This document shows positions 1-11,950 of a DNA stretch of 44,226 nt, in pieces. A program made the translations under genes and the position numbers. Location: positions 1 to 44,226 of the forward strand of contig JAHLWZ010000482.1 of NCBI GenBank assembly GCA_020536535.1, read 5' to 3'. The notes below the pieces were generated by a model. That model saw only the letters and a program-made list of their open reading frames with translations. It was not told the DNA's origin and did no database searches. Positions within the stretch are counted from its first letter, which is position 1. The number at the start of each line of letters is the position of its first letter. The DNA comes from Pelomyxa schiedti. Taxonomy: Eukaryota; Protista; Evosea.

Positions 1-1242
1 AAAGGTGTGTGGATAAACACAGAATGGAGTAGTTGGCGGTTGCCTCGAGGCGAAGGAAGGAGAGATCGTTCAGCGTGAAGGACTCTCCCCACGAGGGTTT
101 TTTTTATTTGGATAAAAAAAACAAAAAAAAGGCCAAACCGTCTTTTGGCAAAACGCCACGGGAACTGCGGCGTTTCCTCATGGCGTTTTGCCAATTCCAT
201 CGGAGCGCAACTTGAGAAACTTTTGATTTTTGTTTTGCCGGAATTGGTTCCGCATCAAAACTGTTCAATTTCAATTAACAGGACCAGTTCAACTGTTCTG
301 TTATCCCTCAAGAGCTGTGAGAGGGATGCTGGGGAGGGCATCCACGTCACCATCACCCAGGCTCAGGAAGGAATCAAGCCAAGTTAGGAGAATAACCCCT
401 TAAGTCCGATGGTACTGCGAGTTTACAGTTCCAGACTCTACCCTCGTGGGACGACCAAAATGAGGGTTCGATGTAGCGTTAAACACCAGTTTTGAAATCT
501 TACAACTTTTGTGCCTGCAACCATCGTTTTTCTGATCAGTGCGCACTTTGCAAGCACGCCAACGGCCAGCAAGCACACCAATGTGCTTTCCACTCCTGGC
601 ACAACCTGGGTCAGGAGGTGGCTGATGACTTTATAAACATCACATCAGTGCGCAGTATGTAAAGTCGAGCCATTTACATGGGACTCTACTGGTTTAATGG
701 AATACAGGTAGTTGTTGCTGTTCCATTATTCACCCTCTTTTAAAACCTGGTCCAGAATGGATGGCAGTATACTTGTTTGTCCTTAGTCACCTTCTGTAGT
801 CTTTCCCCTTTTTTTAATTTTATTAAAAAAAAGACACAAAAGCCCCCTTTGTCATTGGTGCTCCATTTGTTAGTTAACAGAACAAGTTTTTTTTTTCTTG
901 TTGTCCACATTTTGGTGGATAGTGTCTGGGTCCACAGAATTGCGGAACAAAGATGTAACGTCGCCCCTGTTCATCAGGCTTGTTTCAAGCACCGGACCGG
1001 TACACCAGTACGGCACACCGTCCGCTTCCTCCTGCGATGCATGGAACAGCGTTTTGAACCGTCCATCATCAGTGTGGTGCATCATCTCGAAACTTGTTTT
1101 TCCTTTGTGAATTTACCCAAATGTGGGAACCAACATGGATTCTTGTCAGAACGCACAATTGTTTTTCCTTTCACAACAGAATTAAATTCGTTCTCGTCGG
1201 CAAACGTGGCGGTCTGGTGTTTATTCTGGCACGATTTTGCGG

Positions 1243-3478
1243 TGCGGCAACACACCAACACGAAACGCCAGTTGGTGACATCGTTGTTGTTGATGGCGTA
1301 CAAGTGTGTTCCACCCTTTTTTTAAGCCTTTTTCACGTGGCTCACTCGGCAGCAGGTTATTCCGCCAACTCAAAGGCAGCTCTCATTTTGGGACAACGAA
1401 GCAACGGTGAAGAAAGAAGAGCAGTGCAAAAAACCAGGAACGCAGTCACACCAAGACTTCTTGTTATTCGTCGGAACTTGTTGTGGCACACATCTCACGA
1501 GCCAGACACTGGTCAGTTGTTCCCCTTTTTTTTTTTTATTCTCTTGTGGGTGTTAAACCTGGCACAGAAGCCCGTCCATTGGAATCAAAAGACCCAATGT
1601 GCTCACACATCATCAATTTTCAGTGACACAACTCTTTTGGAAAGTCTTTCTCTATGTGTAAGAACTCCTGTTCTGTTTTTCTCTCTGATCTCATTCGCAC
1701 AGGTCTTTGGAGAAGAAGAATCCGGCACTTAAATCGACACAATAATTGCGTGTTCGATTGGCGGGAAGAATGTCAGTGGCATCATTGGTTTGTTTTTGAA
1801 GGGAGTCCTTTTCCTCATTCATCGCTCAAGCTGGCAGAGTGGGTGAACTGGACCCAGTTCTCCCCCCAACTTGGCAGAACCACTGTGCCGCTCTTGCACA
1901 CGAAGTTTATTCTCTTCTGCCACTTGGTGAGGAGCGGTGCATAGCACCAACTTGGTGACTCGATAGCACCAACTTGGTGACTCGAAGTGATGAAGAAGCA
2001 TGATTCATTGACGGCTCCGCAGCCCATAAGAGTTCAATATCAGCACCAGTTATAAAGAAAGGAAAAAAATCAAAGCCCTTTACTGTCTGTTCTGAGGCTT
2101 GCTCAGCGTTTGCCACTCGTTCATCAACTACTACTTCAGCAAAGAGGTCAGCCAAACTGCAGAATGGTATATAAATGACTGCTACAACTTCTCCCACATA
2201 GGGAGATTTGCTGAAAAAATACCTCAAAAGTTCATTTCTTTTGATTCTTGAAAGTTTCACTCAGGAGTGCCCCATGGAAACAAACTGTATGGTCTAACAG
2301 AACAACAGAGACAGTGGGGGCAAACAAACTTATCAAAAGAATCAAGTGTGAGAGCCAATCAACATATGCGGCTTCGCTCCTTCAAGGCAACTGAAGATCA
2401 GTCACTGTGGTTGTGAGATACAAAGGAGCAAGCCAACCCAGGAATGGGACCATCACTGCACGAGATGATTGCCGATTTCAAGGCAAAGAAGGAGAAGTAA
2501 CAAATACCACAAGAACGTAGCATAACTTCCCGTTCCAACGGCAGACATGGGACGGGATCATCCTATGCAAATTGGATCAAGTCGACAAGTGATTGGACGG
2601 ACCACTTATCCACCCTTCATTATCCACCCTTCAGAAATGCACGAGCCCCTTGAAGCAGATGTCCCTCTGCCCAGTGGTGATAATTTTGAGGAAGGAAGTT
2701 GTCACTTGATTTGATTTGATTTGATTCCTGTTCAAACGGCACGGTGCTATAACTTTTGGATTTCGGCTTGCTGTTCAGATGTCTCACTCACCCCTGGTGT
2801 TGTGATCTATTCTGACCTGCCACTGCGCACTACAGCAGATTTCACTTTTCTTCAAAAAAAAAAAAAATCACTGGTAGATGACAACCATACAACAAAACCA
2901 CATGGAAGAAGAACCAGAGAATATATTGTATATTACAATGCCGATTTAGACAGAGAATAAAAACTTGAAGGAAAGAGGCACATTGGACAACAAATTTCTT
3001 CCAAGAGCTTGAAGTTGGCTGTTAAAATCAACTTGCCAGTCGTTGCTTTTCCGTCTCTTGGTTTTTTTTCTTCTTTTATTTGAGGTTGGCTTTCATTGCA
3101 ACCGTGCTGAACAATAAGCCCTTTCACACACATTTGAACTTCCATGAAATATTATGGTGGCCACTGGAATACCGATTTCATACCATAAAATCTGTTGTAT
3201 CTTCAACATAGATTCGAAAGATGTCTTCTTTTCCTGAAAATTCCAAGGAGCCACTGTAACAGCCACCAACAAAAAGACACACTGCCGTGTCGGTCGATAT
3301 ATACCCAGTTGGTTTGCGAGTTTAAAACCCCCAACAACCATTTGTCCCTGAAATCAGCCAGTCTTATGATATTGAAGCTCTCTGCAACATCACGAACTGT
3401 TCAATTATTGCTTGGATTCGTGACTTCATTTCTGTCAAAGCTTCAGTGAGCCTGAATATGCCAACGAGAACTCTTTGT
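1243..3478. repeat. Diverged duplicated block, copy 1 (paralogous to 6575-8704); unclassified, probably TE-derived
   Basis: Colinear shared sequence (acgccagttggtgaca; gtgttcgattggcgggaagaatgtcagtggcatcattgg; gttcagatgtctcactcacccctggtgttgtgatctattctgacc; ttgaagttggctgttaaaatcaacttgccagt) with indels. No intact ORF. Boundaries approximate. Confidence 0.85.
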
Positions 3479-3549
3479 AGTTTTTTAAATTATTGGAGCT
3501 CCCACAGTCTCTTGTTCCCCAATCCTGGAAGTGATCAATAATTCAGGCC

Positions 3550-4700
3550 AATTTGAACTTTAGCAATCTCTCTCGTGACAGTACTTCTCACGTGATACTG
3601 ACAAGCACATGTGTAGAAGGTGGCACACTGTGCCATAAAATTTCTGAAGGTGGAGAGGTCTTGCTCCATATACAAAGAATGGAATACAACCTGGATTTCA
3701 GGATTTATACAACAAATATCACAAGAAATACCCTTCTGGTATCACTTTTCCAGCCACTCCAGCGTTGTAAGTGAATGAAAGTTTCTCTCCATGGAAAATA
3801 CCAGTAAACACACTTTGGAAGCTACTTCAATGAAAACATGATCTGAATACAAAAATTACTCGAGCCAACGAGGGACAACTTAAAGCAATCAGCAGTACAT
3901 TTTGGTTGTTCTGTAAATGTAACTCTTAAGAGCTGAAAAACATTGTTTGAGTGTCTTGACTACAACAGGCACTCCTTGTTTGGAGAAAAGACTCTACAAA
4001 ATACTTAAATCCTTCATCAGCAAAACCTGCAGCTCCTTTCTTCTCCCTCACTCAACTTGATGCATGATATAATACCATCTTCTGTGGTCTGTTTCTGTCA
4101 ATTCATTTGACATAGCAACTCGTAGAGCAAGATGCCAACTACACAGCATATGAGACTTGAGAGAGAACCAAAAGTGATGAAGAGGGCAGTCACACAATTT
4201 TGGAAGATGCATAGGAGGGATCTTTTTCAGCTTCAAAACTTTCTGGGGAACCTGTTGACTTCCTCTTTTTTTACTGATAAAGAAATGTCAATTTTGGAAG
4301 AATGTTTTGCTATCTTAAGCGGAAATGAACTGAGAACTTCCTGCTTTCCAATGGATGTGTGACTGTGCTTATGGAGTACCATCTTGGGTGTAATATCTTC
4401 AAGAAATATTCCAGGCCTTACAATACCCAAATTGATGGTGTGTCCTACCATTTCCGGGTGGTGGTCATTGTCTGATCCCCTCGCTTCACCACCTTTCCAG
4501 TCCTCCTCAAATCAAATCTACCACACACATATTTACAGGCAACACACTTGAAGATGAGTACAGAAGCACATTTTCCACAGAACCTTTTAGTTTCCAAATT
4601 GCGCATTATGGCAAGAACCACTTGGCCACTGACTTGCTCAAGTAATGGCTGTGTGTTGACCTCTTTTTATCCCGCGGGTTATAAGTACGCAAGAAGCGAA
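3550..4700 (-). pseudogene. Possible MULE/Mutator-like transposase relic
   Basis: Fragmented minus-strand frames contain HMLCSWHLAL (MULE-like CxxH) and a downstream Cys/His patch KFYGTVCHLLHMC (SWIM-like). Many stops. Motif-level resemblance only. Confidence 0.3.
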
Positions 4701-5869
4701 ACAACCTCGAACCCTCACAACCCTATGGGAAATCTCAGGCAACCAGTGGCACTGCTCATATTCATTACCATGAAATACCATACCAAAACCTCGAAACTGT
4801 GAAGAACAAGGTTCTATTTAATTGGCAAATTACTGCTTGTTCGGGAGCTGGTATTCAGTCACAAGGCTTAGAGTTCGCGGTCATCCAGGAGTTTATCCAC
4901 CTCACACGCCTATCGAGTGTGAACCCATGCCGCTTTGTCTGTGAGGCCCCCCCCCAACACAAAAGAACGGAGGTGCTGCACGCAAACGAGGTGCGATCTC
5001 AGGAAACGGACACAGCAGCATCTTCAATACCTGATATTGGTGCCCAGTGCGTTCTTTGTCATTCTCCCAATCTTTTTTCATGTGAGTAAATGGAGAGGGA
5101 AAAACAGACCTCATCCAGTGTCACATGGAACTATTGAGACCAAGTGGTGTATCTCTCCTTGTTTGCCTCAAGCAGTGTTAACAACAACCTATTGTTGTCA
5201 CCCTCGACCTGCCACCTCGCTCAGGTGAAATCATGATGTTGAATGCACCACTTTTCCGGACATGAGGGACACCGCTCGAGCAAGAGCCAACAAAACTGAT
5301 GAAAGCACCGCACAACAACAGACAAAGGATTGTATTGCATTGGGTGCACACCAACACACAGTCCCCTGAGCACCGCAATGCACTCCTTCCTGCGGCAACA
5401 GCGAGCGCGTCAGCAACCCCGAAGCAGCCAGCTCAACTCGGCGTTTGCGAGGGCAACGCCGCGATTATGGGTTGGTTCGGTCCAGCACCGTCGGCTACGA
5501 CCACGACGCGGTCCCATATTGACGTGCCGACTGGTAGAACCACCCACCCTCTACAACCGGACCAAAAAAAGGACTCCCTGTCAGTGCCTTGTACGAGCAC
5601 AACAGCAACAAAAATGGTAACAACACATCTTCGTCAACAACTACTAATCTGGTGATGATGTGACCAGACCGGAGCCCTTTGAAACCGATCCCAATCAATG
5701 GCTGGCAGTACCTACCAATCAGTATCAGTGTGGGCTCCCTGTTATAAGTAAGAAAGTAACACCAGCATGCACATTCAACAAGTTCATAGGGTTTTTATTT
5801 CATGTGCCAGGGTGAGACATATGAACAGGCCAGCTGAAATAAAAAAAAAGTTATAGCCGTGTTCTGCAT

Positions 5870-6432
5870 ATCACAGTCCAAATTGCGTGCGACTACGCTG
5901 ACGGTGGTCACGCAGCGCCCCAATGCACACATAACAACCTTCGTAGGCTCTGTAACTTTGTGAATTAACGCCAAAAAAAGATCTGTTTGTTTCAACTTGG
6001 TTTCCTGTGAAACAGACGAAATTCAATGTGGCCAGCCCTCACGGCTGCACTGAACGGCTGGGGAAGTCCCCATCGCTCAGAACCAGCACGATCACGAAAC
6101 GTTGACTCTGACATCAGCCACTGAACAACCCTGAGGTTTCCACCTTGGCACACGTCAGACAACAGACTTCCTCTCGGTATTGAACGTTGTGACATCTCCC
6201 TGAGGTCATTAATCACGCCCCGTTCATCTTCTACTGACGGCCACCTCAACAACGGGCATGATGCGTATCTGCTTGCAACAAGTCCTTGTGCCATTTCAAG
6301 GTGTCCCCCTTTTGAAAATAGAATTGGATTAATTAAGGAGTGAGAATACAACAATTAAGAAGCGGTATTTAACATGCCACACACATATATATACAGACAG
6401 ACATGGCAAACAAAGGGTGATAGGGATACACA
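5870..6432 (-). pseudogene. Ankyrin-repeat-like gene fragment, copy 1 (paralog at about 21940-23020)
   Basis: SDVCQGGNLRVVQWL and SAAVRAGHIE resemble ankyrin repeats. DNA is nearly identical to 21940-22065 and 22630-23020, with the intervening part deleted here. Confidence 0.5.
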
Positions 6433-6574
6433 CCTATTGCTGGCCGCTTACATCACATCACTTTTTCCACCTGGGGAGTGAATGAGCGCAACTCCGAGTT
6501 GTGAACTTCACCTTCAAAAGAAAAACCCCCGTTTGATTTCTGTGCGCACCTTTTGTGGTGTACGGTACCGTTAC

Positions 6575-8704
6575 GTGCAGCAACACCAACTCATGGAACG
6601 CCAGTTGGTGACACTGTTGGTTGCGAGGTGTACAGGTGTGTTCCACCCTTTTTTTTTCCTTGTTTCACTCAGTGAACCGTGGGCAGCTCTCTTTTTTCAG
6701 ATGACAAGGCAACAGTGAAGAAAGAAGAGCAGAGTAAAAACAGGAACTCATACAGTCAAAGAGTTCTTATTCTTCGGGACTTGTTGTCTCTTCAGAGTTC
6801 AACCCTGGTTTGGCCTTGGGTGGGTCAGTGGTTCCCCCTTTTTTTATTCTCTTGTGAGTTAAACCTGGCACTAGAAGGCCCGCACTTTGGAATCAAGAGA
6901 CCAATGTGCTCGCACATCAGTTTTCAGTGACAGTTGACACACAGTGACTCAACTCTTTCTGTGTTAGAGCAACTGCTTCTTGGCTTCTTTCTCCCTGTGT
7001 AGGAACTCTCGTTCTGTTTTTCTCTCTGATTTCATTCACAGGTCTTTGCAGAAGAAGAATCTGGCACTTAAATCGATACGCAATAATTGCGTGTTCGATT
7101 GGCGGGAAGAATGTCAGTGGCATCATTGGCTTCTTTTTAAGAGGAGACCTTTTCTTCATTCATCACTCAAGCTGGCAGAGTGGGTGAACTGGACCCAGTT
7201 CTCCAACTTGGCGTAACCACTGTGCCGCTCTTACACACGGAGTTTATTCTCTTCTGCCACTTGGTGAGGAGTGGTGCATAGCACCGACTTGGTGACTCGC
7301 AGTGATGAAGAAGCATGATTTACTGACGGCTCTGCAGCCCATATGAGTTTAATTTCAGCACCAGACACGGATATATGAAAAAATCAAAGCTCTTCAACAC
7401 TTTCTGTTCTGAGGTTTCACTCAGGAGTGCCCCATGGAAACAAACTGTATGGTATAACAGAACAACAGCGGCAGTGGGGGTAAACAGGGAAGTTATCAAA
7501 AGAATCAAGTGTGAGACAGTAGATCCTTCATCAACATCTGCTTGCTCCTTCAAGTCAACAGAAAATGAGACACAAAGGACCAAGCCAGTTCAGGAATGGG
7601 ACCATCACTGCACTGTATGATTGCCGATTTCAAGGCAAAGAAGGAGAAGTAACAAATACCACAAGAACGTAGCATAACTTCCCTATGGCAGACATGGATG
7701 GGATCACCTGCAAATTGGATCAAGTCAGTGAAACGAATTGGAAATGATTGGACGGAGCACTTCCCCACCCATAGAAACTGTTCAAACGGCACAGTGCTAT
7801 AACTTTTGGATTGCAGCCTGCTGTTCAGATGTCTCACTCACCCCTGGTGTTGTGATCTATTCTGACCTGGCGCAGCACACTACAGCACATTTCAATTTTC
7901 TTCGAAAAAATCACTGGTCGATGGAAGCCATACCACACGGAAGAATAATCTCTGGGATTGTTTTGTTTGGTGAAATATTCTTCCTTCCTTGCACAAGGGG
8001 CAGTCATGGGGAATAGTTTTCCTGTGACAGATGGCTCATCGGCTATATGTGGCAGCAAGTAAAACAGAATATATTGTAATGCCGATTAAGAAGAATGAAA
8101 ATGCGAATCAAAGAGGCACATTGGGACCACAAATTTCTTCCACATGAAAGAACTTCCAAGAGCTTGAAGTTGGCTGTTAAAATCAACTTGCCAGTGGCGC
8201 CTTTTATGTCTCTTGGTTTTTTTTTTCCTTCTGTACTGTGAGGTTGGCTTTCATTGCAACCGTGCTGAACAATAAGCCCTGTCACGCACAATTTAATGTA
8301 CCCCATAACACCAAGTCGGGGCTTCATGAATTGCAGAGACCCTTCTGGGGTGATTTGCCAGGGCCATTGTGGCTCAATTTCCTTTCCCACTTTGCCTTGA
8401 AAAATTGTCAGACAACTGGAGAAAGACATAATGCATACACATACTTTAAGAACGTCACTTCCATGAAATCTATGTTCAACATAGATTTAAAAGATGTATA
8501 CTTTTCCTGAAAGTTCCAAGGAGCTGCAGACAACAACCACCAACAACTGCCATGTCTATCTATACCCAGTTGGCTTGCGAGTTTAAAACTGAAACACAAA
8601 AATTTGGCCCTGAAATCAGATGGTCTCAATAAATTGCTTGGATCTGTGGCTTCGTTTCAGCTCAAACCTGCAGTGAACCTGAAGATGCCAACAAGAAGTC
8701 TTTG
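6575..8704. repeat. Diverged duplicated block, copy 2 (paralogous to 1243-3478)
   Basis: Same anchors as copy 1, in the same order and orientation. Confidence 0.85.
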
Positions 8705-10179
8705 GGATTACTGAACACCCTGGTGAAAGGCTATAGAAAACTATAGAAGCTCAGACATTTCACGGCAAGATCACTTTCTCTCACTGAGAAAGATTGACGG
8801 AAATAACAATCCAGTAAAACCAGTCACTCTTATACATGAGACGAGCGTTCTGCCGTGACAAGCAAATTCTTGTGTGTTCATGCTAAAAGGGAAATTGGAG
8901 CAGGGAATCGAGCAACTTAACAACAACAACGCTTGTGCAAGAAGTGTGGTCACACCTCTTTGATATTGCACAGGCTCCATGAAAAGCAACTTCAAGCTCC
9001 AACCCAGTACAAAAGAATTTCCATAGATTACTGCCAACTGCTCAGTCTTGCACAGTCTCACTTCTCACCATATTTGTAGTACGAGATATGATGTGAGTGT
9101 TTCCTCCAGAACCTATTAGATGATTCAAATGGATCAATATCTCAAGAAATGTTCAAGGTCGAGCAGGATGTGACCTTACTGAAACACATTATCTTTTGCC
9201 AAATGCAGGAAGAATAGAATATTCACGTGACTCTACTATTTACTTGTCCCCAAAACAATAAAAAACTTGCAATGTTGGTGCTAGTCTAGATGTAGTGTCA
9301 ACCAGAATCATGAGACATACTCTCCCTCCAGTATGACAACAATGGATGGAAGTTATACCGCGGCAGTGTGGCTCTCATGGAATGGGAAAGATCACTCTAG
9401 TGGGGTCAGCAGCACCACCTTTTTAATCAAAGATGATGGTTCTTCTGTGTATGATACATGTAGCTCCTTTGAGGTTGCAAATGAATCTGTTCCACCGGAG
9501 GTTCGTCAATGCAATGCTGAATAACTATGCCATAATAAGTATGATGGGGTCAACTTCTCATTGGAGCTAAATTTTATCTGCTACCCAGTACACAACGACC
9601 TTGAGTCAAGGTCCTAAGTGTGAGTACAATTCTTGGGGCTGAAGATTTTTGTGTCTGGGTAAGACATTCAGCCAAATTACCAACTGTTTAACTCCATTGG
9701 CATTGAGGGCCTCAACAGGCTCTTTATCTTGGTAACAAGATCTTCAACCATGGATTGCTAGCCCACTCAAGGCTTGTGAGCATTGCTAGTGCTGCTGTAG
9801 GGAAGCTTTTGGCAACCGATTTTGGCAATGGAAAGTCGATTTTTGTGCCGTGATGGTGACGGATTGTAGCGTTGGGCGACCGAGAAGCACAGCAACGAAT
9901 AATGGCAAAACTTGCACGTTGTGGCTGTGAATTGAGTGCAAACACTGTACAGCGACAGACATCAAGTCCACCCTGTGAAATTGAAGTTGCTTTGAGTGTC
10001 GTTGTTCCCACCTTGCCTGCAAACTGTTCAGCAACCTGGGTTGCTGCTTATTTGAACAGTCCTGGTAGCTCTCCCTGTGGACTCAGGTAGATTGCCCTTC
10101 CTAATTATTATGCAGGTATGGGAGAAAGCAGATGAAAGCCTACTGTTTATTTCAGTCAGGCTCCAACGTCCCAGCCTTC

Positions 10180-10400
10180 CTGACCTCTTATTCTTTGCCT
10201 TCCGGCTCCAATTCTTTACCTTCCGGCTCTTATTTTTCCCCTTTCGGCTCCAATTCTTTACCTTCTGGTTCTTATTTCCCCTTCCAGCTCTTTTAGCTCC
10301 TTTATCACCTCTCCTAGCTTGTACTTACCCCCTCTCAGTTCCCTCCGCCCGATAATGGTGCCCCCGATAGCTCTCCTGGATCCCTCCTGTCTTCCATCAC
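10180..10400. repeat. About 21-bp degenerate tandem repeat within a dispersed repeat; inverted paralog at about 43900-44130
   Basis: Units like gctccaattctttaccttccg. The flanking ctagcttgtacttacccc matches the reverse complement of 43977-43995. Confidence 0.75.
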
Positions 10401-10776
10401 TCTGATTACCTGTTGCCACTCGCAGTTTGACAGCCAGGCAGCACTAAAGGCTCGAAAAAAACAACTTACGATGCTGTTACGTCGTGTGTTCTTTTGAATA
10501 GAAAAAGCAAAGTCCGATCAGAGTGTGCTTTGCAGTGATTTTGGCTCAACCCCCTGCTGAACTTGAATCGTCAATAAGCAAAGTCAGGGTCGGCAAGCAC
10601 TTAGGCTGTCACGCACGGAGCATCTATGAGAGGCAACTACTGTGGTAGAAAACGCCATTGTGGTTGATCATTTGGTCAATAGGACCTAAACCAAAGCAGC
10701 ATTGGCAAGTAACACTTTGTTGACTGGGTTCTTCTCCAATGCTGTGGGGTTCTGCAGTACCTGTGGGTTGTGAGCA

Positions 10777-11849
10777 CTAGTTTTCCTTAGAAAGAGGAAG
10801 ACCATTATCAGGGGGGCTTGTTTTTGAGTCTGTATCACCTGATTTTATCATTACAAGTAAGACAGGATCCCACTGAGAGCAGAATTTAATTGGGTCACAA
10901 TACTCCTGGTTCACCGAGGTGTCATTGAAAAAGAACCACTGGCTTCTTGACTTGCAAAGTGAGGTGTAGTGACCTGCTGCATATCCCACAATAGAAATCA
11001 ACTGGTATTCTTGGCTGTGAGTGACCCAGGTCAAAAAAAACGAAAGGATAATTAGGAATCACACCCAAATAAATGTAAAGAGAGGTGATCATCTGGATGA
11101 AGGCTGATTTTTGAGGGGTCACTAGATGCAAGAATAAGGCCTTCTCCCAGTTCCATGTTCAAGATGGCCCTGAGATTCTGGCCTGATGTTAATGGAAGTC
11201 TTAGGAACACCAATATACAGATCCACAGTTGGAACAAGCTCTAAGAGTGGGAGCACTGTTCAGTGATTTATCCACTGAATCTTGCAAAGAAATCCCAGGG
11301 ACAGTGACAAGTACATGAAACTTGGGTATAGACTCATTGAATTTCACTGTTCCTTCTTTCTGAAAGCATTCCTGTACATAGTGAGAATTTCTATGTGAGA
11401 CCACAGGGGTAAGTGTATACTGAAGGGCAGGAAAGACTCTCAGACATATTGTGGATCAGGAACTTGTTAATTACAGAGGACCCTTCATCAACAAGCGTGT
11501 TCACCAGAAGTAAGAGGAATTTCTTCACGGTTTTCACTCACTCAAGTGAAAGCAGCACCACTACACACCAAAGCGGAGCCCGCAGAGTTGAGAACATTCT
11601 CAGACCTTGATGAAAGGTGTCTGAGCAACGGTTCCCCACTGCAACCTTCCATCAAAAATGACCGTAGGAGGGATTCCGTGATCCCACCACGTCTGTTCTC
11701 AGCGAAGTTTAACAGACACTTTATTGCCTGCAGGGCGGAGTTGAGGTAACACGTCATCCCTTTTAGGTACCGTTTGCGAAAAACAGGTAATAGTGAGTTT
11801 GTTGCAACGTGCTACCGTAGTTCACCAGCCCAATCGGTTGTGCCATCAT
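10777..11849 (-). CDS. Compact ubiquitin-specific protease (USP/peptidase C19), paralog A; multi-exon; C-terminal Zn finger cut off by a stop
   Basis: Spliced Cys box MMAQPIGLVNY|GMTCYLNSALQAIKCL. His box IVGYAAGHYTSLCKSRSQWFFFNDTSV. Homologous to paralogs B and C throughout. Confidence 0.85.
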
Positions 11850-11950
11850 AGGCTGTTCTACAAACCAACTTGTGTTTGAACGTCTCCCAAGCTGATTAAT
11901 TTTTAAAGATAAAAATTAAAAACGAATCTTCTGAAGAGGAGGTGGACAAG

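Noticed and set aside
8700-10100. Candidate E2 (UBC) gene next to the Ubl cluster
   Set aside because: No HPN..C UBC signature or coherent ORF here or at 19400-21000.
10180-10320. CRISPR-like array
   Set aside because: Adjacent degenerate tandem units without unique spacers, eukaryotic context and no cas genes.
10624-10779. Stop-codon reassignment or readthrough suggested by in-frame TAGs in the USP-A tail
   Set aside because: Long intact exons (E1, vWA-NTPase) contain no internal TAG. Decay is the simpler explanation.
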